Assembly (NCBI GenBank): GCA_050745425.1
Contig: JBOGKK010000014.1
Span: forward strand, 1-46,176
Origin: Terriglobales bacterium
Lineage (GTDB): Bacteria > Acidobacteriota > Terriglobia > Terriglobales > SCQP01
Length of the DNA stretch: 46,176 nt
Direction of reading: 5' to 3'
Numbering within the stretch: the stretch's first letter is position 1; every line of letters starts with the position of its first letter. Both the position numbers and the translations under genes were made by a program. Below, piece by piece: positions 18,887-27,773 of the stretch. A model generated the notes under the pieces. That model was not told the DNA's origin and searched no databases. It saw only the letters and a program-made list of their open reading frames with translations.

Positions 18887-19543
18887 TTATTTCCTCACTT
18901 CGATGGTCACGTTGTGCAGGATGGGCGGGTATCGAGGCTCGTCTTGATGGCCAGGTTTGCGTGGTCCCATCGAGATCGCTTTGGCGATATCCAGGCCGCG
19001 CACGATCTGGCCGATGACGAGGAATCCTTCCTTATCGAGCTGCGGCACCGGCTCCAGCGTGAAAAAGATCTCAGCGCCGCGCGAGGACGTATCGCCGGGA
19101 ATCTGCGCCAGCGCCATCCGCCCCGCCTGGTCGAACCTCAGGCTGTTTTTCTCAAGCGGCAGTTGATACCCGAGCGAACCGGTGCCGTCATTCAGCAAAT
19201 CGCCGGTCTGGATCATATAGCCGGGAATGGTGCGGAAAAAAAGCAGGTTTTTATAAAACGGCGCCATCGACAGGGCATTGGTCAGCGGGTTCTTGTAGGG
19301 TTGCTTGCCCTCGGCCAGTGCCACGAAGTTGGCGACCGCCTTGGGTGCCTGGCGGGGGTAGAGTTGCGCGGTGAATGAACCTTTGCTGGTCACAAACACT
19401 GCATAGGTGCCGGGCCCCAGCTTTGCTGGCGGGGCTGCCTTTTTGTGGGCCGCGTGCTTCTGGGCGCTGAGGGTGAGGGCGCAGGCGAGCGCCGCAAAAA
19501 CCACAACTGCCGCGCGCGGAAGGGAAGGACTCGAAGAGCGCAT
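18887..19543 (-). CDS. secreted cyclophilin-type peptidyl-prolyl cis-trans isomerase
   Basis: Signal peptide. FFRTIPGYMIQTGD and the downstream cyclophilin core. 218 aa. Confidence 0.85.
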   Translation of the reverse strand: MRSSSPSLPRAAVVVFAALACALTLSAQKHAAHKKAAPPAKLGPGTYAVFVTSKGSFTAQLYPRQAPKAVANFVALAEGKQPYKNPLTNALSMAPFYKNLLFFRTIPGYMIQTGDLLNDGTGSLGYQLPLEKNSLRFDQAGRMALAQIPGDTSSRGAEIFFTLEPVPQLDKEGFLVIGQIVRGLDIAKAISMGPRKPGHQDEPRYPPILHNVTIEVRK

Positions 19544-19581
19544 CGGGGTCTCCTTGACTTACGCCCCGATTATAGATTTTG

Positions 19582-20367
19582 TCAATCGCCCGGTAAAGTG
19601 TCGAGACTGTAACCGCCTGGTGACACGCGGATCAGCAGGCGGCTGAGAGGGTAGCCAGCCGCGACTTCCTTGCGCACCACCGGCTGCAGGATCTGCATGA
19701 ACTCATCATCATCGGCGCTGAACGTGACCAGGAAATTCCGGTTGGGGATGGCCACCAGAAACTCGTCCGTATGCAACAGTTCCGCCGCGCGGTCCTGAAA
19801 CTGGGGCGCCAGCACAAACGCGGCCTTGTGACCGTGGGCCATCTCCACGTGAAAGGCCCGGATGCTGTCCTGAATCGTCCAGGCCACGACGGTCGCCTCG
19901 TTCCACAGCCGCTCCAGATTCTCCAGCGCCGCAGCCAGAACACATTCCTCGGCGATTTGCCAGGTTTCCAGGTGCTCGGCCGTGAGCCATATATCGAAGT
20001 CGCTGCACGTCAGGACGTAACCCACCTCTCCGGCCAGGGGATAAAACAACGGACGCGGAGCGCGCTTCACCAGGCCCGAGGTGATCAGTTTGGGGAACAG
20101 TAGTGGCCGCGCGGTTTCCCAGTCGCTGGGCAGGCGATGTTCGATCGTCCCCACCACGCGCGTCAGGTAGGTGTCCATATCGAAGCGGTCGCCGTTCTGG
20201 CAAAACGCCGCCCAGGCACGGCTCAGCCGCAAACGGTGCGCCGTGGGGCGTCCGGAGGGGGAACGCAGAATCGCAATCTCCAATTGTCCTGCCTTGAGGA
20301 ATCGTGCCTGGGGATACAGGTGCTGCAATCGAACCAGCGCGCTCGCCTCGAACTCTTCTCGCGTCAT
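19582..20367 (-). CDS. hypothetical protein (possibly DUF1444/YtpQ-like)
   Basis: Long ORF with high third-position GC, consistent with coding. No catalytic motif recognised. The VAIPNRNFLVTFS segment is reminiscent of the UPF0354 family, but this is from memory only. Confidence 0.5.
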   Translation of the reverse strand: MTREEFEASALVRLQHLYPQARFLKAGQLEIAILRSPSGRPTAHRLRLSRAWAAFCQNGDRFDMDTYLTRVVGTIEHRLPSDWETARPLLFPKLITSGLVKRAPRPLFYPLAGEVGYVLTCSDFDIWLTAEHLETWQIAEECVLAAALENLERLWNEATVVAWTIQDSIRAFHVEMAHGHKAAFVLAPQFQDRAAELLHTDEFLVAIPNRNFLVTFSADDDEFMQILQPVVRKEVAAGYPLSRLLIRVSPGGYSLDTLPGD

Positions 20368-20397
20368 TGCCCTGATGATAACAATTTTCCGCGCCGC

Positions 20398-21306
20398 TTA
20401 ATTTTCACGGCTGGCTGCCGGAGTAGCTGTGAGCCGGATGGGCCGTTGCAGCCGTACGGTGAGATGGCTGCCTGGGTTGAGCACCAGATGCCGCCGGCGC
20501 ACCAGCCAGATGCCGACGGCAACCGCCGCACCCACGCCCGCGCCCATCATCGCTCCTTCGCCTCCGGCCAGCACCGCGCCGCCTATGAAGCCGCCTACGC
20601 CGCCGATTTCCGTGTGGTGGACGTCGGAGGCGAGCATGCCGCGCGGTTCTCGCAGCATGCCCTCGGTATCCACACGCGCCTTCGAGTGCGGATCGTTCTG
20701 AATCACCTCGGCGCTGATCGTGTAGCGCTGTCCATTGGGCAGCGTCAGCAGGTCGGGCTTGAGCAGCAGTTCCGATTCGCTTTGCGCCGGACGCGCATCC
20801 TGCACGTGCATTACGTGTCCTTCCAGAATCGAGCCGGAAGGAATCACCTCGTGTCCCCGGTAGTACACCGGCGTCATAACACGCGCGGCAAACCCGTCGC
20901 CATCGCTGTTGTATTGCGTGTTCAGGCGGGTTTCGAGCTGCAGCGCAATCGGAGTCCCCTGGGGCACGCTCAGCGCCGCCGCGGTCGCTTCCGCGGCGGT
21001 CGGCGCCGCTGCCGAAGTGGCCGGCGCCACCGCAGCCCCATCATCCGAATCGGCCGCCGTCTCCGGCGGCGGAGGTAACACGGCGTCGATCGCATGGTCT
21101 GAAGGTGCGCCTGCCGCGGCTGTGTTTGCCGCCGCCGTCGGCATGGGCGCCATCGCTGCCGGCGGCGTCATCGCGCCCGCCGCCGCGGTGCCCGGCGCCG
21201 GAATATTGCTGACCTTGGGAATGGGCGCTGTGGTTTGTGCCGCTGCCGTCAGCGCCAGCACGGTGGCTGCGGCCGTAGCCGCCAAAAGCACGCGGATTGC
21301 CTTCAT
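20398..21306 (-). CDS. hypothetical secreted protein with Ala/Pro-rich linker, beta-rich domain and C-terminal glycine-zipper TM segment
   Basis: The start is set at MKAIRVLLAATAAATVLALTAAAQ (signal peptide). C-terminal GGVGGFIGGAVLAGGEGAMMGAGVGAAVAVG. Confidence 0.5.
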   Translation of the reverse strand: MKAIRVLLAATAAATVLALTAAAQTTAPIPKVSNIPAPGTAAAGAMTPPAAMAPMPTAAANTAAAGAPSDHAIDAVLPPPPETAADSDDGAAVAPATSAAAPTAAEATAAALSVPQGTPIALQLETRLNTQYNSDGDGFAARVMTPVYYRGHEVIPSGSILEGHVMHVQDARPAQSESELLLKPDLLTLPNGQRYTISAEVIQNDPHSKARVDTEGMLREPRGMLASDVHHTEIGGVGGFIGGAVLAGGEGAMMGAGVGAAVAVGIWLVRRRHLVLNPGSHLTVRLQRPIRLTATPAASREN

Positions 21307-21488
21307 GCCTTCAGCATAGCCGCGACGCCGCACCGTCTTGCCAAAATCCTCAGCACGTCTCGCAAGAGTAAACTGTACGGCGCCGGCTCCCGCAGGGTTG
21401 TATTGCGCCATGCCCAAAGCGTATCCTGAGGGTTCGCCGTTTGCAGCAAGTTGGGCTTTTCGGCGCGAGCCGCAAGGAGAACATTCGA

Positions 21489-22277
21489 GTGTCCACAATT
21501 GACGTGCCGTTGGAGCGGGTGAGCCAACGCGGTTTTGGGGAAACGCAGCGCAACGACTTCTGGTGGGTTACCCCACTGGTGGTATTTCTGGGGCTGGGCG
21601 CCTTCGTTTGCTACTCCACCTGGGCGGCGTTTCAAGGTGACTTCTTCCGCTTTGGCCCTTACCTGTCGCCCATGTACTCGCCCCAGTTGCTGAACGTGCG
21701 TCCGGACTGGTGGCCGTTCTGGATCCCCTTTTCCGCCTCCCTCATCATCCTCTGGGCTCCCGGCGGCTTCCGCCTGACCTGCTATTACTACCGCGGCGCC
21801 TACTACAAGGCGTTCTGGGCCGATCCTTCCACTTGCGCCGTCGGCGAACCCCGCAAGAAGTATTGGGGCGAGCGCAAGTTCCCCTTGCTGCTGCAAAATG
21901 CCCATCGCTACTTCTTCTATATCGCTCTGATCTTCCTCGTCATTTTATTTGCCGACGCCTGGAATGCACTCTGGTGGACCGTGAACGGACACACCGAGTT
22001 CCAGTTGCGCATCGGCACCCTGATCATGATCGCCGATCCCATCCTGCTGGCCGGCTACACCTTTGGCTGCCACTCCTTGCGCCACTTGATCGGTGGCTGC
22101 AAAGATGAGATCGGCTCCGGACGCCGCAAGGCCTACAACTGCGTGAGTTGCCTCAACGGGGTCCATATGCGCTGGGCCTGGGCGAGCCTGATCGTCGTAG
22201 CCTTCACCGATATTTACATTCGCCTCTGTGCCATGGGTATTTGGCACGACCTCGTGATCTGGAGACCAGGACACTAA
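21489..22277 (+). CDS. sdhC: succinate dehydrogenase/fumarate reductase membrane anchor subunit
   Basis: GTG start 8 nt after AAGGAGA. A polytopic membrane protein immediately upstream of sdhA with a TAATG stop/start overlap. Conserved His/Cys cluster FGCHSLRHLIGGC...NCVSCLNGVH. Confidence 0.7.
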   Translation: MSTIDVPLERVSQRGFGETQRNDFWWVTPLVVFLGLGAFVCYSTWAAFQGDFFRFGPYLSPMYSPQLLNVRPDWWPFWIPFSASLIILWAPGGFRLTCYYYRGAYYKAFWADPSTCAVGEPRKKYWGERKFPLLLQNAHRYFFYIALIFLVILFADAWNALWWTVNGHTEFQLRIGTLIMIADPILLAGYTFGCHSLRHLIGGCKDEIGSGRRKAYNCVSCLNGVHMRWAWASLIVVAFTDIYIRLCAMGIWHDLVIWRPGH

Positions 22278-24097
22278 TGCCAGGCTATACAACCCATGAA
22301 TACGACGTGCTGGTGGTCGGCGCTGGTGGCGCTGGGCTGCGCGCCGCCATTGAAGCTTCCGCCGCCGGCGCCAAGGTCGGTGTCGTCACCAAGTCGCTGC
22401 TCGGCAAGGCGCATACCGTCATGGCCGAGGGCGGCATGGCTGCTTCGCTTGGCAACGTCGATGATCGCGACAACTGGCGCGTCCATTTTGCCGATACCGA
22501 GCGCGGCGGCTATTACCTCAATAACTGGCGCATGGCCGAGCATCACGCCAAAGAGGCTCCGGAACGGGTCAAGGAGTTGGAGCAATGGGGCGCGATCTTT
22601 GACCGCACCAAAGCCGGTCTCATTATGCAGCGCAATTTCGGCGGCCATCGCTACCCGCGCCTGGCGCACGTCGGCGATCGCACCGGACTCGAGATGATCC
22701 GCACTTTGCAGGATCACGGCATCCATCAGGGCATCGAATTCCACATGGAAGCTACGCTGCTTACCCTGCTCACCGATGGTGGCCGTTGCGTCGGTGGCTT
22801 TGGCTACGAACGCGAGCGCGGCCGCTACATGCTGTTCCGCGCCAAAGCCGTCATCCTTGCCACCGGCGGCATCGGCCGCTGCTACCTGATTACCACCAAT
22901 AGCTGGGAATACACCGGCGATGGGCAGGCCCTGGCCTGGAATGCCGGCGCCGCCATGCGCGACGTCGAATTCGTGCAGTTCCATCCCACTGGCATGGTCT
23001 GGCCTCCGAGCGTCCGCGGCATTCTCGTCACCGAAGGCGTCCGCGGCGAAGGCGGCGTACTGCGCAACAGCGAAGGTAAGCGCTTTTTGTTTGCTGATAT
23101 CCCCGACAACTACCGCAGCTCGACCGCTGACAACGAAGAAGAGGGCTGGCGCTACGTCATCGGAGACAAGAGCGCGCGCCGTCCGCCCGAGCTGCTCACC
23201 CGCGACCACGTCGCCCGCTGCATCCGCCGCGAAGTCATGGCCGGGCGCGGCAGCCCGCATGGCGGCGTCTTCCTCGATATCGGCTGGATCCGTGAAAAGC
23301 TGCCCAACTCGGTCGAGCACATCAAGCGCAAGCTCCCCAGCATGTACCACCAGTTCAAGCAACTCGCCGATCTCGACATCACGCAGCAACCCATGGAAGT
23401 CGGCCCGACCACGCACTATTTCATGGGCGGCATTCAGGTGGATGGCGACACCGCCATGACCGGCGTCGATGGACTCTTCGCCGCCGGCGAATGCGCCGCC
23501 GGCCTGCACGGCGCCAATCGCCTGGGCGGCAACTCGCTCTCCGATCTGCTGGTGTTTGGCAAGCGTGCCGGCGAATACGCCGCCGCCTTTGCCAGGCAGC
23601 ACGCCGGTTCCGGTGAAGCCGCGGTGACGGACCAGATTGACGCGGCCATCGCCCGCGCCGAAGCCCCTTTCGAGATCGGCGCCAGCGGCGAAAACCCCTA
23701 CGCTTTGCAGCACGAGCTCAAGGAGACGATGCAGAACTGGGTCGGCATCGTGCGCACCGCGTCCGAGATGGAGCAGGCCATCGAGAAGATTGCCGCCTTG
23801 CGCAAACGCGCCGAGCGCGTCGGCGTTGCCGGCAACAAGGAGTACAACAACGGCTGGCACACGGCCCTGGACCTCCGCAATCAGCTCATCGTTTCTGATC
23901 TGGTCGCGCGCGCCGGCCTGGAACGCACCGAAAGCCGCGGCGGCCACTTCCGCGAGGATTTTCCGGCCAAAGAAAAAGCCTGGGACGGCATTAATCTTGA
24001 GTTCCACCGCGGGCCTGGCGGTGAGCCGCTCCTGCGCAAAGTGGCCGTTCCGCCCATGCCGGATGACTTGCAGAAGGCAATCGAGGAGAATAAATAG
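22277..24097 (+). CDS. sdhA: succinate dehydrogenase/fumarate reductase flavoprotein subunit
   Basis: YDVLVVGAGGAGLRAA FAD fold, the HTVMAEGG covalent-FAD His region, HPTG, HYFMGGI and ESRGGHFRED. 606 aa. Confidence 0.95.
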   Translation: MPGYTTHEYDVLVVGAGGAGLRAAIEASAAGAKVGVVTKSLLGKAHTVMAEGGMAASLGNVDDRDNWRVHFADTERGGYYLNNWRMAEHHAKEAPERVKELEQWGAIFDRTKAGLIMQRNFGGHRYPRLAHVGDRTGLEMIRTLQDHGIHQGIEFHMEATLLTLLTDGGRCVGGFGYERERGRYMLFRAKAVILATGGIGRCYLITTNSWEYTGDGQALAWNAGAAMRDVEFVQFHPTGMVWPPSVRGILVTEGVRGEGGVLRNSEGKRFLFADIPDNYRSSTADNEEEGWRYVIGDKSARRPPELLTRDHVARCIRREVMAGRGSPHGGVFLDIGWIREKLPNSVEHIKRKLPSMYHQFKQLADLDITQQPMEVGPTTHYFMGGIQVDGDTAMTGVDGLFAAGECAAGLHGANRLGGNSLSDLLVFGKRAGEYAAAFARQHAGSGEAAVTDQIDAAIARAEAPFEIGASGENPYALQHELKETMQNWVGIVRTASEMEQAIEKIAALRKRAERVGVAGNKEYNNGWHTALDLRNQLIVSDLVARAGLERTESRGGHFREDFPAKEKAWDGINLEFHRGPGGEPLLRKVAVPPMPDDLQKAIEENK

Positions 24098-24099
24098 AG

Positions 24100-24909
24100 A
24101 TGGCCTCGGCAACCCAAACTGTTCCCGCACAAACCAAGGGCAATGCCAACGCTGATGGAGCCACGCAGCCCAAATCCGCCATCTTCCGCATCTGGCGTGG
24201 CAGCGATAACCACGGCGAATTTGTCGATTTCACCACCACGGTCGAGGAAGGCATGGTCGTCCTCGATGTTGTGCATCAGATCCAGGCCACCCAGGCCAAC
24301 GATCTGGCCGTCCGCTGGAACTGCAAAGCGGGCAAGTGCGGCTCCTGTTCGGCTGAAATCAACGGCAACCCCAAACTGATGTGCATGACCCGGCTCAATT
24401 CGCTCGACCTGTCCGAGCCCGTCACCGTCGAGCCCATGCGCACGTTTCCCCACGTCAAGGACCTCGTCACCGATGTCTCCTGGAACTACCGCACCAAGGA
24501 GCGTATTACCCCGTTTCAGCTCAAGCCGGCCCAGGCCGACGGCACCTGGCGCGAAAAACAAGCCGATGTCGACCGCCCCCAGGAGTTCCGCAAGTGCATC
24601 GAATGCTTCCTGTGTCAGGATGTCTGCCACGTCCTGCGTGAGCACAAAATGCATGATCAATTCGTCGGCCCACGCTTTTTGATCCACATTGCGCAGCTCG
24701 AAATGAACCCGCTCGACGATGGTGACCGCCTGCTCGAGTTAAAGGATGACTTTAATATCGGCTATTGCAACATCACTAAATGTTGCACCAAGGTCTGCCC
24801 GGAAGGCATTCACATTACCGATAATGGCATCATCCCGCTCAAGGAACGCGTCGTAGGCCGTTTCTACGATCCGCTGTCAAAGTTCAAGCAAGTCTTTAAG
24901 AAAAAGTAG
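24100..24909 (+). CDS. sdhB: succinate dehydrogenase/fumarate reductase iron-sulfur subunit
   Basis: 2Fe-2S motif CKAGKCGSCSAEING...C and ferredoxin-type clusters CIECFLCQDVC and CTKVCPEGI. 269 aa. Confidence 0.9.
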   Translation: MASATQTVPAQTKGNANADGATQPKSAIFRIWRGSDNHGEFVDFTTTVEEGMVVLDVVHQIQATQANDLAVRWNCKAGKCGSCSAEINGNPKLMCMTRLNSLDLSEPVTVEPMRTFPHVKDLVTDVSWNYRTKERITPFQLKPAQADGTWREKQADVDRPQEFRKCIECFLCQDVCHVLREHKMHDQFVGPRFLIHIAQLEMNPLDDGDRLLELKDDFNIGYCNITKCCTKVCPEGIHITDNGIIPLKERVVGRFYDPLSKFKQVFKKK

Positions 24910-24918
24910 GCTGCACCG

Positions 24919-25164
24919 GTGCAGATAGCCTTTAATGGCCGCCACATTGAGACCCAGGCCGCCACCCTGGCCGCCTTGCTGCTTGAGTTAGGCATTGGCC
25001 CTGTCCGCGTTGCCGTCGAGCGCAACCGCGAGCTTGTTCCGAAGCGATTGTGGGCTGAAACCCAACTCGATCCTGGCGACGTTATCGAGGTCGTGCAGAT
25101 GGTCGGCGGTGGATCTGGCGAATGCGGACGATGTCGTGAAACATCCGCACGCTATCGCCCATGA
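24919..25164 (+). CDS. thiS: ThiS/MoaD-family sulfur carrier protein with 16-aa extension beyond the Gly-Gly terminus
   Basis: GTG start 9 nt after the sdhB stop. The 65-aa core ends ...DPGDVIEVVQMVGGG, the classical ThiS C-terminus. The frame then continues SGECGRCRETSARYRP before TGA. Confidence 0.7.
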   Translation: MQIAFNGRHIETQAATLAALLLELGIGPVRVAVERNRELVPKRLWAETQLDPGDVIEVVQMVGGGSGECGRCRETSARYRP

Positions 25165-25807
25165 GCCGAATCTTGGCCCCGGCCGCGTGCGCCCAGACTA
25201 CCGGCACTTCATCCACGCGGTAGCCTTTCTGCCGGGCCAGATACAGGATCTCCGGATCAAATCCCCAGCCTTCGATCTTCTGTTCAGGAAAAATCGCCTC
25301 CGCGCTGGCGCGCGTGAACAGTTTGAACCCGCACTGGGTATCGACGTAGGGAAGACCGAGGCCAAGCCGCACCATTTTGTTGAACACACGTCCGGCGTTT
25401 TCGCGAACCATGGATTGGTGCGTGCGGATTAAGTCACGTTGCCGCCGGCTGCCCATGGCAATGTCGGCGCCGCCATCGAGCGCCGCCTCCAACTTGCTCA
25501 ATTCAGCAATCGGCGCCGATAGGTCGGCATCGGTGAACAGCCGCCTCTCGCCTGCAGCCGCCATCATCCCGCGCCGCACGCTGTAGCCCTTCCCGCGATT
25601 GCCTTCGTTGCGCAGCCGCCGCCAGTGCAGTGCGCGCGCTTCCGGAAAGGGCAGATTCGGCGTGGCATCCTGGGAACCATCGTCAACCACGATCACTTCC
25701 ACGGCCCGGTTCTGGGGCGCAAAGTGTTCGGCCAGCGCCGCCAGTGTGGCGGGCAGCCGCTCGGCTTCATTGAAAGCTGGGATGATGATGCTCAGATCGA
25801 CAGGCAT
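25082..25807 (-). CDS. family 2 glycosyltransferase (polyprenyl-phosphate / dolichyl-phosphate glucosyltransferase-like)
   Basis: LSIIIPAFNEAERL, VIVVDDGSQDAT, TDADLS and DTQCGFKLF motifs. 241 aa. The 3' end overlaps the convergent thiS. Confidence 0.85.
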   Translation of the reverse strand: MPVDLSIIIPAFNEAERLPATLAALAEHFAPQNRAVEVIVVDDGSQDATPNLPFPEARALHWRRLRNEGNRGKGYSVRRGMMAAAGERRLFTDADLSAPIAELSKLEAALDGGADIAMGSRRQRDLIRTHQSMVRENAGRVFNKMVRLGLGLPYVDTQCGFKLFTRASAEAIFPEQKIEGWGFDPEILYLARQKGYRVDEVPVVWAHAAGAKIRLMGDSVRMFHDIVRIRQIHRRPSARPR

Positions 25808-25847
25808 GCACGCGGCAGTCGGACTGCTCTAGCGTACACCACGTCTT

Positions 25848-26828
25848 CTACTGCGCTTCGAACTGCTCCAGGAACTTGTGCAGTATTTTTTCGTCCCACC
25901 ACTGATGCCGCGCCTCTTCGAGCATGGTCGCTTTGGCTTTTTCATGGGTCCACGCCGCCTTGTAGGGGCGCAGCGTGGTGAGCGCATCGTAGGCGTCCAC
26001 GATCTGCAGAATGCGTGCCAACAGCGGAATCTGTTCGCCCGCAAGTCCGTCCGGATAGCCGCCCCCGTTCCAGTGCTCATGGTGGTAGCGGATGATCGGC
26101 AAGACGCGGCCGAGCGAGTGCAACGGCCGGCAGATTTGCCATCCCGTCTCCGGATGCCGTCGCATGATGCTCATTTCCTGCTCGTCCAGCGGGCCTGGTT
26201 TTCGTAAAATCGCATCCGGCACGGTGATTTTCCCGATGTCATGCAGCACGCCGCCGCGGCGCAGAGCAATCAGATCCTCCGCCCCCAGCCCCAGCGCCCG
26301 GCCGAGGCTGGCGGCGTAATTCGACAGGCGGCTGCAATGCCCCTCGGTGTAGGGATCGCGTGCTTCCACTCCCAACGCCAGCGAGGTCAGCACCGTCTCG
26401 GCGTTCTCCAGCTCATCGGTGAACTGCTTGAGCTTGAGCAGGCTCTTCACCCGAGCGAACAATTCCTGCGGGTCGACTGGCTTGTTCAGAAAATCATCCG
26501 CGCCCGCCTCGATGCCCTCCAGCTTCGCGTCGCGGTCGGCGAGACCGGTGACCAAAATGACCGGAATCAGGCGCGTGGCCGCATTGTTTTTGAGCTCACG
26601 GCACAGCTCAATCCCACTCACGCCCGGCATGATGACGTCCAGCAGAATGATGTCGGGAAGTTGCTCGGCAATTCGTTGCCGCGCTTCGCCTACATTGGCG
26701 GCACTGGACACCACATAGTGTCGGTCTGCCAGCATTTCCTGCGTGAGCATGCGGTTGCTGGCGTCGTCATCGACGACGAGTACATGAAACTCACGCAATT
26801 GCGAATTGGGGACTGCACTGGCCATCAT
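25848..26828 (-). CDS. response regulator with HD-GYP c-di-GMP phosphodiesterase domain (RpfG-like)
   Basis: REC domain (VLVVDDD..., ILLDVIMPG, LNKP). HD-GYP domain (GVLHDIGK, RYHHEHWNGGGYPDGL). 326 aa. Confidence 0.9.
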   Translation of the reverse strand: MMASAVPNSQLREFHVLVVDDDASNRMLTQEMLADRHYVVSSAANVGEARQRIAEQLPDIILLDVIMPGVSGIELCRELKNNAATRLIPVILVTGLADRDAKLEGIEAGADDFLNKPVDPQELFARVKSLLKLKQFTDELENAETVLTSLALGVEARDPYTEGHCSRLSNYAASLGRALGLGAEDLIALRRGGVLHDIGKITVPDAILRKPGPLDEQEMSIMRRHPETGWQICRPLHSLGRVLPIIRYHHEHWNGGGYPDGLAGEQIPLLARILQIVDAYDALTTLRPYKAAWTHEKAKATMLEEARHQWWDEKILHKFLEQFEAQ

Positions 26829-26850
26829 TTCTTAGATGACCGGAACGCAT

Positions 26851-27126
26851 TTAGGCTGCAACGCCGGACAGACGAAAGGTGCAGCGAACCTGTCCGCTGG
26901 CGGCTGCTTGTGCCGAAGCCGGAGTGGACTCGCCTGTCGCCGTAGTGAAAACAACCTCTCCCGATCGCAACAAACCAAGCAGCGCCGTCCGAATCTGTTC
27001 TTCGCTGTGCCGTTCCTCGTAGTGCCCGCCGGCAACCGTGTTCAGCAGCATCACGATGGCCACGTAATCGACCGGCTCGCCGCTATGCGCCGTCAACAAT
27101 TGCTGAATCTCCAGCGCCGTCTCCAT
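26851..27126 (-). CDS. small hypothetical protein (91 aa)
   Basis: The ORF is wedged between pdaD (13 nt upstream) and the response regulator (22 nt downstream) on the same strand. No motif recognised. Confidence 0.35.
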   Translation of the reverse strand: METALEIQQLLTAHSGEPVDYVAIVMLLNTVAGGHYEERHSEEQIRTALLGLLRSGEVVFTTATGESTPASAQAAASGQVRCTFRLSGVAA

Positions 27127-27139
27127 GCCGATGACCCGT

Positions 27140-27685
27140 TTACTCTCCGATCAGAATTGCCGCCGACAACACCGTCGTCCACAGCCCGCGTTTATCGCCC
27201 ACGGCCGACTGGCTGACGTTGATGGTGCGCACGATTTTGTTCGAGATGCGGTAAATCTCTTTTTTTTCGTCCCAGGAACGATCCGGGTCGAACTCGACGT
27301 TCAGCGTTGTGGCGAGCATCTCGGCCGCCAGCTCTTCGGCGTATTCGCCCGCTTGCTGTTCGGTCTCGCCGAAGGAATGGTGTTCGGAGAGATAGCCGTA
27401 GGCGTTGCGGTCGGCCGGCAGCGCCAGTCCGATCGAGGCGGCGATCAGCCGGTGCGGCTCCCGCGTCGAGTTCTCGCTGAGCACCGCGAACACCACTTCG
27501 CCTGCGCTCAGTTCCTTTAACCCCGTCGTGCGCGGCGTCAGCTTGCACCGCGGCGGAAAAATGCTGGAAACGCGCACGAGATTGAAGGCCGCAATACCGG
27601 CGTCGCGCAGTGCCAGCTCGAAGCTGGTCAACCGCTCGCGGTGCTTGCCCACGCCCTTGGTGAGAAAGATCTTTTTAGCGATCAT
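27140..27685 (-). CDS. pdaD: pyruvoyl-dependent arginine decarboxylase
   Basis: The translation TKGVGKH...[12 protein letters not shown] contains the self-cleaving Ser-Ser site context of PvlArgDC (the archaeal PdaD / chlamydial AaxB family). 181 aa. Confidence 0.85.
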   Translation of the reverse strand: MIAKKIFLTKGVGKHRERLTSFELALRDAGIAAFNLVRVSSIFPPRCKLTPRTTGLKELSAGEVVFAVLSENSTREPHRLIAASIGLALPADRNAYGYLSEHHSFGETEQQAGEYAEELAAEMLATTLNVEFDPDRSWDEKKEIYRISNKIVRTINVSQSAVGDKRGLWTTVLSAAILIGE

Positions 27686-27773
27686 GGAAGCGAATGTAAT
27701 TCTGGCGATAAAACGATTGGGAAGTTCAAGGCTAACAGATTCCAGCCGCGCCGGCGCAACAAATCAATCTACA

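Noticed and set aside
22274-24130. 618-aa ORF antisense to sdhA
   Set aside because: It is a shadow ORF typical of high-GC DNA. The opposite strand encodes a motif-perfect SdhA, while this frame gives low-complexity Ala/Gly/Arg-rich sequence with no recognisable domain.
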